DNA of 64,000 nucleotides from the NCBI RefSeq assembly GCF_006345805.1, contig NC_043010.1, positions 62,744,001-62,808,000 on the forward strand, given 5' to 3'. Source of the DNA: Octopus sinensis (lineage: Eukaryota). The notes beneath the pieces were generated by a model. It did not search any database and was not told where the DNA came from. It worked only from the letters and a program-made list of their open reading frames with translations. The position numbers were made by a program, and so were the translations under genes. Of the stretch, positions 48,246 to 60,567 are shown piece by piece; within the stretch, counting starts at the first letter, position 1; each line of letters opens with the position of its first letter.

Positions 48246-49527
48246 AAAAAAATACAGACATACATCTATATCTATACATAGATACAAAAACAAAAAAACA
48301 AAACAAAAACATTCAAATATTCTGCGAGAACATGTCTAGCCATGGAGAAATATTACCTTGGTTCGAAAACAGGTGAGGGTCGCCGACCGAAAGTGCACCC
48401 GCTTACAGAAACTCAACCTGAATAAACTTCGTCTGGTCCATGCAGGCATGGAAAAGTGGACGTTAAAGCTATGATGATGATAATGATTGTATACATATAT
48501 TTAAGTATATAGGTTCAGGTACAGATATATATATACACACCGTAATCGATCGTTGAATAATATTCGCGTCGTCTTGAGTTAATTTGAAAAATTTGTTAAG
48601 AAGCTGAACATTATTAATCACAGAAAACTTGACTAATTAATATCGATGTCCTAGTGTGTTGTGGATCAAGGACTAATGAGGTTGAGGGGAATGTACCGCC
48701 TCGATAGACGAACAAAATAGACACAAAAGAAGAAAAAAAAAAAGAGGGAAATAGATATCAAACTATTTTTGAACTAAGGAAATGCCTTCATCAAAATCGA
48801 TATCCGTACCTGAAGTCAATATTTAAATCAGCGGGTTAGCCACGGTACACAAAGATATATAATACATCAGTACTTTACAATATATGTATATATGTGTGTA
48901 TATATGTATATATGTGTGTGTATGTAATTGTAGTTGGACAAGTTTTATTAATAGCGGAGCGAAACGTATTAAAAATAACCACTGAAAACTTATTATGGCC
49001 TGAATATTTATATTTCTTTCCATGACATGTAAACTCTCTGAAAGTACAAACTATAGGGTTATACCCGTACATATAAAATATATAACATATAAATACATAT
49101 AGAATCACTTTATATATAGATATATATAGAGTACCTTACAGGAAAGATGGTGATGGTGTTGGTGGTTGTGGGGAAGAAAAAGGAAACGTGGTTGTGAATG
49201 ATTTTTAGGAAAAATAATGTCTGGAGTTCACAGACGAAGTTGTAAAATGGAGGAGTGGGGAGAAGAGAGCGGCTCGTCTGGTCGATATTTCTAGGGCAAG
49301 AAGCGAAACCTGATCACTATCTTTATTGCATTTGGCCTATATACGTCTCTCTCTCTTTCTCTTTATATATATATGTGTATATATGTGTGTATGTGTCGGG
49401 TGTTTGTTGTGTAAAGAGGAAGTCTTACTGGATATATTTGAAAGGGAAGTCGATGTGTAGAGAATCTAATAAGCTAGATGTAATGTGATCACCGACTTTA
49501 GAATTGCTTTAAGAACACAAAACTCAC

Positions 49528-49700
49528 CTCAGCCGAGAACAACATCGATCGAACCCTCGTCCAATCTGTCCGAATATCTCAGCTACGGCAGGCGTCAGTT
49601 GGCGGGCGGCGCCACTGGACATTCCGGCATTGGTGAATCAATGAAACGGCACACATATTCGGCAGATAGGGGTCCGATTTGGGCAGACAATGTGACCGGG
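49528..49700 (-). promoter_or_regulatory. Candidate CpG-rich promoter and non-coding first exon, probably of the 37.8-39.0 kb ZNF gene
   Basis: Local CpG/GC enrichment, CCAAT (ATTGG at 49629-49633), GC-box-like GGCGGGCGGCG, and a perfect GAG|GTGAGT donor at 49528/49527 on the minus strand. Confidence 0.5.
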
Positions 49701-50212
49701 AGAGAAGAAGCAAGAGTTTTTTTACACAACCATCGAAGTAAACAAAGGGGGAGATAATAACAATGAAGAAAAAACGTTAGAAAGACGACACACAGACAGA
49801 CGGCCGGATTAAATATTCCAAACCTTATATCTCACACAAACCAACCACATTTGCATATTTTCCTTCATGAAAATGCATATTATCAAATAAAACAATACCA
49901 TACATTATATCAATCGGAACTACTAATTAGAACAGTCTGAGGTAGTACGTATTTCATACGGAGTGTTTTTTCAATGAAAGGACTTCTGTTACTGACACCG
50001 TTTGTCTTGCATGGGTTTTTTTTTTTTGTCCCTCTGACTTCTCTTTTCAGCAGACTTAGTTTGAATTCTCTTTCTACAGGTCACTATTTCGCTCCAGTTA
50101 AATCTAATCGAATTTTAAGTACTGCTACAGACAACCGTTTGCACTCAACAGGAAAATATAAGCACATCACTCGTGCACCTTGTGTGTGTGTGTGCATATA
50201 TGTACATGTATA

Positions 50213-50263
<51 letters not shown>

Positions 50264-50465
50264 GTATATATATATATAATATGTATATATATAATATATG
50301 TATATGTATCTATCTATCTATATATATATATATATATAAAATTATTTAACAATTAAGGATAATCTCTTAATAAGGAATCTTAAGAAATTATCAGGTAGAT
50401 AGCGTGAAAAACCTCATAAGAGAAAAAATTTCGAAAATAATTCTTTCTTAATGAACATATTAATT

Positions 50466-50554
50466 TATATATAGAGGGCATTATTATACATACATGGCAC
50501 ACGCTAAGAGAGACATTAGTCATTTCTACCGTATAATAATGCCCTCTATATATA
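50466..50554. repeat. 24-bp inverted repeat around a 41-nt spacer
   Basis: TATATATAGAGGGCATTATTATAC / GTATAATAATGCCCTCTATATATA. Confidence 0.9.
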
Positions 50555-50643
50555 TATATATATATATATATATCATCATCATCATCATCATCATATATAT
50601 ATATATATATGAAATATATATATATATATATATATAATATATG

Positions 50644-50729
<86 letters not shown>

Positions 50730-50744
50730 ATATATATATATATA

Positions 50745-52305
50745 TAGACTTAGACTTAGACTTAGATATGTTTCGACCAGAGATTGGTCCAGGCCATGTC
50801 TAACTTAATAGCACCACCTGATAGGATTATTCGAATCCTGTTTAAGTCAAGTTTTGTTCAAGTAGTGAGTTCTTGTTGGGTGAGTTGTATCCAATTATGG
50901 GTGGCTTATCTGGTATTCTTTGAAGGAATCTATCCAGACTCTGTTTGAAGTTGATGGGATCCTTTTCCTCTTTGATCTCCCTCGGGACAATGTTAAATAG
51001 GGCAGGGCCTGTCGAGGAAAAGAAATTATGTTGCAGTGTACGTGTATGTTGTGATCTTGAATTTGGCAGGGGACGTATAGCCCGTGGTCCAAGTCTTGGA
51101 TGAACCTTGAAGCTAATGTTTAGGTCGTTTGGGCAAAGTTGGCGGTATATTTTCCACATCGTACAAATGATGTACCGCTCACGGCGACGCTGGAGGGAGT
51201 AAAATTTCAAGGCTTTGAGGCGATCCCAATAATCGAGAGCAGCCATGCCTTCAATTTGTTTAGTGAGAGCCCTCTGGGGTGACTCAATTCTGGAGATGTT
51301 TTGTCTTGTGTGAGGAGACCACAGTGGGCAGCAGTATTCAAGGTGTGGCCGTACAAAGGAGGAAAAAAGTGGTATGATGACACCTTGTTCTCTGGACTGG
51401 AAAGTTCTTAAGATCCAGGAACTCATCCTACGAGCTATATCGACCTTCTTATTGATGTGTGCACTCCAACTGAGATCGTCATCAACAATTACACCCAGGT
51501 CTCTGATATTGTTAGAGGCTGTGAGCGTTTCCCCTGAAGGAAGAGAGTATGGTTGTTTTAGTGAGGAATTTCTTCCAAAATGCATCAGCTCAAATTTTCC
51601 CTCATTCAGTTGCATTTTGTTTCTGTCTGCCCATTGACTCACAGCATATAGATCAGACTGGAGTTGAGTTCGGTCTGCTTCTTCATTGACGATTTGCTGG
51701 AGCTTAGTGTCATCAGCGAATATTTTCACTTTGCAGTGATGTACGACACTGGAAAGGTCGTTTACGTAAATTATGAAGAGTAGCGGATCCAAAACAGATC
51801 CCCGGGGAACACCGCTGGTGACTTTTGCTGGGTTTGAGTGGACTCCATCAACTACAACATGTTGTGTTCTATTCGCCAGGAAATACTGAATCCAGCGTAG
51901 AACTTTTCCACGGATTCCAACATTTGCCAATTTTGAGAGTAGGATGTTATGGTCTACCCTGTCGAACGCTTTACTGAAGTCAAGATATATGACGTCAGAG
52001 TTCGAACCTGTTCCCAAGGCTTTGAGTACATCTTCAATGTGGTGTAAGAGCTGTGTTAGACAGTCCCTGCCACAGCGAAAGCCATGCTGATTTGCATTTA
52101 GGAGTTTGTGGGTCTCCAGGAAGTCAGCTATCCTTGATCTTAACACTCTTTCAAACACTTTAATGATGTGGGAGGTGAGTGAGATTGGGCGATAGTTGAC
52201 TGCGAGGGATCTGTTTCCCTGTTTGAAAACCGGGATGACCGACTGAGATAGAAACTGTTTCGGTATATAACCTGCGTCTAACGAGTTTCTCCAGAGGTTG
52301 GTCAT
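50745..52305 (-). mobile_element. 5'-truncated CR1/L2-group LINE with open reverse-transcriptase ORF (50842-52305), 3'UTR stem-loop and (TCTAAG)n tail
   Basis: RT motifs NYRPISLTS, NQHGFR, YLDFSKAFDRVDH, SGVPRGSVL, FADDTKL, RPHLEYCCPLWSP, RRRERY. No endonuclease domain. AGGATT-cgaat-AATCCT hairpin after the stop; + strand (TAGACT)3 at 50745-50766. Confidence 0.93.
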
Positions 52306-52353
52306 ATATAATATATGTATCTATCTATCTATCTATATATATATATATATAAA

Positions 52354-52586
52354 TATATTAGAAGAAATCAGGTACTCAGAAATGTGGATGGTTGTACATT
52401 TACAGATTTTTATTAATATGTCACATGTTTTTATGAATCATATATTAGCGCTTGCATCTACTCTCGTAGACTCTTCAGAGTGATGCAAGCCTTAATATAT
52501 GATTCATAAAAACATGTGACATATTAATAAAAATCAGTAAATGTAAAACCATCCAGATTTCTGAGTACCTTATTTTTTTAATATAT
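52354..52586. repeat. Foldback element: ~105-bp inverted arms with a 23-nt spacer
   Basis: Arms 52354-52458 and 52482-52586 are reverse complements with few mismatches, including a 43-bp perfect stretch. Confidence 0.9.
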
Positions 52587-53256
52587 AATACCTGTACATC
52601 ACCTCCAAACCTTCTAATATATAAATATATATATATATGTCTTGACATACCTTGGTACCTGTAAATGAATTTCACTATCATACAAGCAATGTGATTTGTT
52701 TCCAGTATTCTGTGAAAGCATGTCTGGCAAAACAGGTGAAGTTTGGGGACGAGGAGGTACCTGGCCATAGAAAATCTGCCTCCAACAAACTCCATTCGAC
52801 CCCTGCAAGTATGGAGAAGCACTGACGATAATGATGAAATATGTGTACACAAAAGATACAGTTAATAGATCTGTCAACACCAAGAAATCTCAAAAGATGT
52901 GAATAAACAATGGTTGCCCAGCATCCCTTGCCAGGCAGTTGTGTCATATAAGCCTAAAAGAAGTTTCAAATCTTAAACTATAGTTCTGTTATTTAAATGT
53001 TATAATTTATTGCTAAAACAAACTGCTGCAATCCATGAAGTTGTCCATAGAAAAGGACTGGATATACACTGCTGGCATACACTGGACCTCCTTTGAAAAG
53101 GTCTGGGAGTCAACATTGTGACATAGAAACATTGTAGCACCGTTTTGGTGTTAGCCAACAGCGTCAACAACAGGCTTATGTAGTGTACCAAATGATTTGT
53201 AATAAATCTGATAGATCTTACATCAGTGACACCCTTTATAAACTGTACATCCACAT

Positions 53257-53420
53257 TAATCCTTCAGCATTTAAAATGACCATTTCTGGCTGAAATATTC
53301 TATGTATTTTATGTCCAAATTGGCCAGACCCCACATCACCCATCAACCCTACAATGTCATTCCAAAAATAAACAGTTGCATTATCATTATCAAAATGATA
53401 AAAATATGAGATAATGAAGT
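53257..53420. mobile_element. Truncated MITE family 2 copy
   Basis: ttaatccttcagcatttaaa..ggctgaaatattct..ggccag..acaatgtcatt matches the start of 31566. Confidence 0.55.
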
Positions 53421-53569
53421 TGAGAAGTTCTGGGAGTTCCTGTCCTGACTTGAGAAGTTCTGGGAGTTCCTGTCCTGACTTGAGAAGTTCTGGGAGTTCC
53501 TGTCCTGACTTGAGAAGTTCTGGGAGTTCCTGTCCTGACTTGAGAAGTTCTGGGAGTTCCTGTCCTGAC
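53421..53569. repeat. Perfect tandem repeat, 5 x 30 bp (TGAGAAGTTCTGGGAGTTCCTGTCCTGACT)
   Basis: Identical units; the last is 29 of 30 nt. Confidence 0.97.
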
Positions 53570-53689
53570 AGCTTTCGAACAGTCAATGGGAATTCTTCAA
53601 AACTTGCAAATTTCTAATTCCACGTTTAAGCTGTTATTAATAGTGCTAAATATTATCTTTCTTCTCACTTTGTAGGTTTTTTTTTTTTT

Positions 53690-53960
53690 TAATGTTGGTT
53701 ATGTTGGTGAGAAGTATGTTGTCATCAAATTCAGCACCTGATATCTTTTTAGCCTTGACCCTCCTGCCCTGAGCCAGCGCTACAGGAAAGCCAGAGTCAT
53801 AGTATTTCTCCAGCGCAAGGCACATACAATGGTCCACTGCAATGATACAAAGTTAAGGAGCCAATGTATCTCCCTGAATCACTCCAGCCAGTATCTCAAA
53901 GAACTCCATCGTCCTGACAGGTGTAATGACTTGGACTCTGGTGTAGAAACTCAGATGGTG
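53690..53960 (-). mobile_element. RTE-group RT remnant
   Basis: VITP..TMEFFEILAGVIQGDTLAP*LCIIAVD...AEFDDNILL (motif B' through the degenerate FADD). Confidence 0.7.
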
Positions 53961-54009
53961 GATGGGTGCACAGCTTTATTTCAGCAATAACATTTTATTG
54001 CATAGACAC

Positions 54010-54465
54010 TTAAAAGGCACCATTCGAGTGTGATCATTACCAGCATCGCCTTATTGGCATTCGAGTCCCATGCTAGTAGGGTGCCAAGAGCACCATCCGA
54101 GCATGATCGTTGCCAGAGCGGCTATTTGGCTTCCGTGCCAGTGGCAGGTAAAAGGGCACCATTCGAGCGTGACCGTTACCAGCATCGCCTTACTGGCACC
54201 TGTGCCGGTGCCATGTGTAAAAAGATTTGAGCGATGTCATTGCCAGTACCGCCTGACTGATCCCCGTGCTGGTGGCACGTAAAAGCACCCACTACACTCT
54301 CAGAGTGGTTAACGTTAGGAAGGGCATCCAGCCGTAGAAACTCTGCCGTATCAAGATTGAAACCTGGTGCAGCCATCTGGTTCGCCAGCCCTCAGTCAAA
54401 ATCGTCCAACCCATGCTAGCATTGAAAGCAGACGTTAAATGATGACGATTATGATGATGATGCAG
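54010..54465 (+). mobile_element. Family C retroposon with variable 5' tandem module and (GAT)n tail (other copies on -: ~32140-32340, 32375-32850, 35225-35625, 40220-40670, 45365-45440, 45705-46210)
   Basis: Core AAGCACCCACTACACTCT..GTTAGGAAGGGCATCCAGC.GTAGAAACT..AACCCATGCTAGCA..GACGTTAAA.GATGA. Confidence 0.8.
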
Positions 54466-55176
54466 TGATTCCACAATTCTAATTTGAGTCATCACAATTT
54501 TTGATAAAATAGCACACACACATATGTATTCTATGTAACTGCCTCTGAGTCCTTCATAGCAGTTTTATAGAACCATCATGTTACATTTCCTCAATTATCA
54601 TTATCAATAAATTGTTCTCACCATCTTAAATGATTCTGTTTCTAAGAAAGACAACTTAATTTCAAATACGACTCATTCAATTATGCTACAAATTTGATAA
54701 AACTATTAAGACTATCACACAAGACATATTGTTTATGCTGGCCATTTCTCCTTTTAAATCGGTCGCCGAGGGAGACAAACACCTCTAAACACTTGCTAAC
54801 AATTAAAGAACCAATATGTTACAATTATTCACTTATTATTATCAATGAATTGCTCACACTCTTTTCAATAATTCTGTGTTTCTAAGAAGGACAATTTAAT
54901 TAGAAATATGAGCCATTTAATTATATTACTTCACACACAACACAGCAACAATTAGTCATTGTCAGCCTCCCCCCCCACCCCCTTCCGCCATATTGACAAC
55001 CTTGATTGAACTGCCATTAGCTTACACTGTCTCTTGCCCTATTATCTCCTTTGTAGACACAGAAAGACCATTCGTCCTCTTCGCGCCCCTCTGGACTCTG
55101 CTAAAACGGAAGAAGTAAATATCGACAACAGAGGTGGGATTCTTGTGTTCTCCCTCAGGGGACTAACAACCTAATG

Positions 55177-55710
55177 CAGTGTTTTTCAAATCAATTTTTA
55201 CCTATGGACCCTTTTCATTTCTATTTCAATCTACCGGGCCCTCATAACTATTCATCATCATCATCATCGATTAACATCCGCTTTCCATGCTGGCATGGGT
55301 TGGACGATTTTGACTGAGGACTGGTAAACCAGATGGCTGCACCAGGCTCCAATGTTGATCTGGCAGAGTTTCTACAGCTGGATGCCCTTCCTATCGCCAA
55401 CCACTCCAAGAGTGTAGTGGGTGCTTTTAAGTGCCACCGGCACAAGGGCCAGTCAGGCGGTACTGGCAACTGCCACACTCATATGGTGCTTTTTATGTGC
55501 CACCTGTGCAGGAGCCAGTTTAGTGGCACTGGCAAAAAAATCCTATTATATTTTTCAAATTGAATATTATTAGGAATTATACAAAAAAAAATTGTTAAAA
55601 TATTTTGTGTATTCTAGAAGTAAAACTGATTTATCGCACATAAATTTTAACAAAATCTTACATGGACCCTACCTCCCCAGAGTCATATGAACCCCGGTTG
55701 AGAACCACTA
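55177..55710. mobile_element. hAT MITE with 8-bp TSD, carrying a nested family-C SINE (~55250-55535)
   Basis: CAGTGTTTTTCAAA...TTGAGAACCACTA; ACCTAATG at 55169-55176 and 55711-55718. Confidence 0.85.
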
Positions 55711-55854
55711 ACCTAATGGGCTTCTTTCAGTTTCCATGTACTCAGATCCATTCACAAGGCTTTGGTTGGCCTGAGGCTATAGTAGAGGACACTTGCCCAA
55801 GGTTCCACTCAGTGGGACTGAACCTGGAACCATGTGGTTGGGAAGCAAGTTTCT

Positions 55855-56270
55855 TATTTCTGTATTGCCCACAAAGGGCTAAACATAGAGGGGACAAACA
55901 AGGACAGACAAAGGGATTAAGTCAATTACATCGACCCCAGTGCGTAAATGGTACTTAATTTATCGACCCTGAAAGGATGAAAGGCAAAGTCAACCTCAGC
56001 GGAATTTGAACTCAGAACGTAACAGTAGACGCATTACCTATTTCGTTACTACCCACAAGGGGCTGAACACAGAGAGGACAAACAAGGACAGGCAAACAGA
56101 TTAAGTCAATTATATCGACCCCAGTGCGTAACTGGTACCTATTTAATTGACCCTGAAAGGATGAAAGGCTAAGTCGACCTCGGCGGAATTTGAACTCAGA
56201 ACGTAACGGCAGACGAAATACAGCTACGCATTTCGCCCTGCGTGCTAACGATTCTGCCAGCTCGCCACCT
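55855..56270 (-). mobile_element. SINE family A dimer
   Basis: Two bodies, one head; junction ..cattacctatttc at ~56031-56044. Confidence 0.8.
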
Positions 56271-57689
56271 TCCATGTGGTAAGGCATGGCTGAGTGGTAA
56301 GAAGCTTGCCTTTTAAATTTGAATTGTTTTTTCTTTGTTTGTCTTTCACAACAATTTAATCCTTTCAGACAAGGAAGGAATTGACTGAAGGAATTACTGC
56401 AAAGGGATGTTATAAGATAACAGCCCCCACCGTTTACCATTACAACCAGTTTGAGTAAATCAATAATCCCCTATGACCCTGTTTTCAATATTTAAATTAG
56501 AAAAAATTAAAAAAAACAATACTCACATTTGATAATTTTTGAGGAAGAAATATTCCTCAATAGCAATACCACAGTAAATGCTGTGTTGTGGCTTTTATGC
56601 CTGTACTTTATTGTATAACATACTCCTGAAGGTTTTAATCATTTTATCTAACATTCAGAAGTAAATTCCCCCAAATTCCCAGATCCATGATTTGGAAAAG
56701 AGCCACTTGACATCTGAGAAACTTGTTTGAGTGTGTGAACATATGTGTGTGTATGTGCGTGTGTGTGAATGTGTATGAGTGTGTGTGTGTGAGTGTGTGT
56801 GTGTGTGTGTAAATGTGTGTGTGTGTGTGTGTGTGTGTGTATGGTTTGCTTATAATATTTAACAGCTATTTAAATAAGCAGCAAATTAAAAGCTTCGTTA
56901 TTCAGATGACACTAATTAGTGAAGACAAAATTGACAGACTCACTGCAGATAGCGAAAGAGAATAATAAGTTTTCCGAAAGTGAAATTTTCACTAACTTCC
57001 CAGCATGATAAACACCAGCCATTGCCATTCTTCTCCTGTATATATTCTATGATCTTCTTTTTAAGTGCAGATGTGGCTGTGTGGTAAGAAGTTTGCTTTC
57101 CAGTCACATGAGTCCAGGTTCAGTCCCACTGCTTGGCACCGTGTACAAGTGTCTTCTACTCTAAGCCCAGACCAACCAAAGCTATGGGAGTGGATTTGCT
57201 AAAACTGAAAATGAAACACACCTGTTATATATCATCGTATCATGGGCCTGTCACATTACTGTACCTGGGATCTTTCCAGTCCTTTCTATGGATATTGGCA
57301 ATGTTACATGTCACTCATAACTCTAGTTATTCACCTCTGGAAACCTGGGTGTTTCGTTCATCATCCTTAAACAACCCTTATTCAGGGACCTTTTGAGTGG
57401 GACGGCTACTCCACCTGAAGAAAATTCTAACTGGGTTGCACCTACAAGGTCCATATGCTGTTTATCTTGAAAATGAAATCACCATGTTGTGCACATATGG
57501 TTGTGATGCATGTGCCTGATGTACCCTTATCACACGAGTAGTCATGATGGGTATATTGGGCGTCATAAGTCTGTCACACCTGCCTGCTCTTATATTTAAC
57601 ATATACCAGTCACACCCCCTCCAGTTCCATTCAGTTTTACACCCCCATACACCTCTTCCAGCTACCCAATATTACACCTCATGACGTCT

Positions 57690-58130
57690 CCTGTTACATA
57701 TCAGTCACACCTCCAGCTTTCCTATGTTACATGTCAGTAACACATCAGTCATACTTCCAGCTGCCCTATGTTACATGGCAGACAGACTACATTGTATTAC
57801 CTGTTACACAACAGTCATGCTTCTAGAAGTCCCGTGTTACACTCGAGACACAGATCCAGTAATCCAATGTTTATATCCCAGGCACATGTCCTACTGTTCC
57901 AAGTTACATGGGACGGGTGGAGCTGTCACATGCTTCATACCAGTCACACCTCCAGTTATCACATTACATGTTAATCACATCTCCAGCCAGTTATACCTCC
58001 AGGTGTCAGGTGTCACATGTTACATGTCAATCATACCTCCACCTGCCACATGTTACATATCAGTCACATCTCCAGCTGCCCAATATTACATATTTGTCAC
58101 ACATCCATTTGTTGCATGTCAGTCACACTC
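57690..58130. repeat. Degenerate ~30-bp minisatellite (ATGTTACATATCAGTCACACCTCCAGCTGCC)
   Basis: Recurring TGTTACA and AGTCACAC.TCCAG motifs. Confidence 0.65.
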
Positions 58131-58875
58131 CTCCTGTACATCTTTCTTTCATAACAACAAATGGTAAGTATGTCACAGGACCCCTAACACTGGTAGCAGG
58201 GAGGGGGGTAGTGTCTCCCTTAAACTGGAGACCTGGTTGAAATTCATGCAACAGAATCAACTCTTCTAAAACCACCCAGTGTAACAGGGGTGGGTATGTG
58301 TTAAAACTGGGTGAGGGATTGAGTCTATCTGTCATATATATACCCACAGCAGGATTTGAACTCAGAATGCAAAGAACTGGAACAAATATTGCAGGGGGAA
58401 TCTTGGTCGAATGTTCTTACAGTTCAAGCAATAAAGAAACTGTAGAGAAGCCTGTAAGATGGTTGACACCTGTAATTCGAAGGGTACAGCCATGTCACAC
58501 AATGTCATGTTGATTCTGCCAGAGAATTCCGTTCAGAGTATGTGGAATACTCAGCCAGTTACATGTCAGTTCAACTGATCAAGAAACTGTATCTTCAGAT
58601 TCCTCCTCTTCATCTGCCCCCCCCCAATATACACATAACCCATTAAATATAGATTCTACATTAAGTGATGCTTGTGAATAAAACATGCTTTCTGGTCCTG
58701 TATTGGGAGCCAACAACAGGGTGGGTGGGCCTGGTTTTCTGTTTGTGAATCACAAACAGGAATATATCATGGTTGATAGACCATGACTTTATTTCATTGG
58801 TCCAGGAAATACTGACCTTGATGGGATTTGAACCCAGAACTGAAAGTGGGTTCTGTCTGATGCTTTCACGATTTC

Positions 58876-58908
<33 letters not shown>

Positions 58909-58909
58909 T

Positions 58910-59118
58910 TCTACTGGAGGCACACGGCTTCATATTTGAGGGGAGGGGAATAGTCGATTACATTGACCTCTGTGTTTCGCTGGTACTTATTTTACTGACC
59001 CCAAACGAATGAAAAGCAGAGTTGACCTTGGTGGAATTTGAACTCAGAACGTAGCAGCAGATGAAATACTGCTGAATATTTTGTCCAGTGCGCAAACGAT
59101 TCTGCCAGCCCGCCGCCT
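58910..59118 (-). mobile_element. SINE family A
   Basis: Reverse complement of head, body and tail 2. Confidence 0.75.
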
Positions 59119-59899
59119 TAATAACAACAACAACAATAATAATAAGAGCACAAACTCAGCTAAGGCAACACCAATGTCCTCTCAATGATTAGCCGGGGGT
59201 GATTTTAAAAATGAGAATATCTGAAATAAACTCCACTGCTCTCACAAACAAGAATACTAAAAACAAACCTGACTGCTCTCAAAAATTAAGTAAAAGAACG
59301 GGAAAAATTCAGAATCCTTGTCTTGTACCAGATTGATTCCAATGAAATCACCATGTTGTGCACATATGGTTATGACGCATGTGCCTGGTGTACCCTTATC
59401 ACACGGGTAGTCATGATGGGTATACTGGGCTTCATACATTTGTACTACCGGCATCACTTTGAAGTTGTGTGCTGCTCTCTCACTCAATAATAATAATAAT
59501 GGGTCTGAAATTTAAATGATTTGTTCATAAAAGGAAAACCACTATACAATTAAATGTGAAAAACTTCTACAAGGATTTAATAAGTCTTTGTGTTGGTAAA
59601 GATTTCCTCATTTCATGTGCATGTATGCACATATGTACATTCATACATACATACATACATATATATTCATTAAGTGAAAGGCTCCAATTTCCTGTAGAGT
59701 TACTTGTTTTTGATCATCAGTGAGTAAACCAAGCCTGATTTTGTTTTGAAATATTCACTGTTTGTAAATTATTTGAATATTTTAAAGCATGCATTGGAGT
59801 AACAGAACTCCCATTCAAAAACTGTTATTACAAACACAAACATTCATTTGTCAGTTCCGACAGTAAATGTGTTGCTTCTTCATTGAAATTTAAATTTAT

Positions 59900-60135
59900 A
59901 TGGTTCTTGCAGAAGACAAGTACTCACACTTTCAAAATAACCTGGTCTGTTGTAGATAGTGTGTAGCCATACAAGAATGGGACCTTCAAATTAAAGATGC
60001 AGTGTGACCTATGTTTGAGTGAAAGATTGAGAATTTTGAATCAAGGTAGTAATAGTTTCAACAGAAGAACTGAACTCTTAGTGCCTTGTATGCACATGGC
60101 TAAATATCTTTTACGTAAACACAGGCCTTCTTGAA
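59900..60135 (+). mobile_element. Penelope-like element GIY-YIG endonuclease C-terminal remnant
   Basis: In one frame: FKITWSVVDSV*PY...CDLCLSERLRIL...FNRRTELLVPCMHMAKYLL, matching I.W.I....PY..C.LCL.EK..I..LN.R.EL...C.H..K.LL. Confidence 0.75.
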
Positions 60136-60567
60136 CTTCATTTTGGTTAAGAAAAAATTATTTTGAAAAGATTAATAAATTTACCTGATATATCTTTAAT
60201 ATGAGTATGTGTGTGTGTCTATGTGTACACAGGAATATATAATTCTGTATATATATGACAGTGTATGAGTGTGCATGTGTGTATGCATCTGCACAGGTGC
60301 ATACAAAATGAGCACCCACATACGCATGGTTTTTATAACCATTTATCAAGAGTATTATTTTGTAACTTTGCTTAAACAGTAATGCAACTTCATGACTTTG
60401 CTTGGATGGAGTTTCAGATGATTATAGGGATCTTGTCACAAGAATCAGAAAAGAAATCAAAAGAGTGGGCCTGGAGTTGCCATTTTTGCATTTGTTGTCC
60501 CAAAAGGTTTGTGTTTTGTTCAAACTTTCATTTCATATTACAAAAAAAATTTTTTTTTTAATCAAAC

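Noticed and set aside
51790-51815. CAG-to-CGG change in LINE motif B' as a captured A-to-I edit
   Set aside because: A single A-to-G change cannot be distinguished from ordinary mutation without the family consensus.
36851-53569. CRISPR-like arrays (36.85, 45.5 and 53.4 kb repeats)
   Set aside because: The units are contiguous with no unique spacers, there are no cas genes, and the context is eukaryotic.
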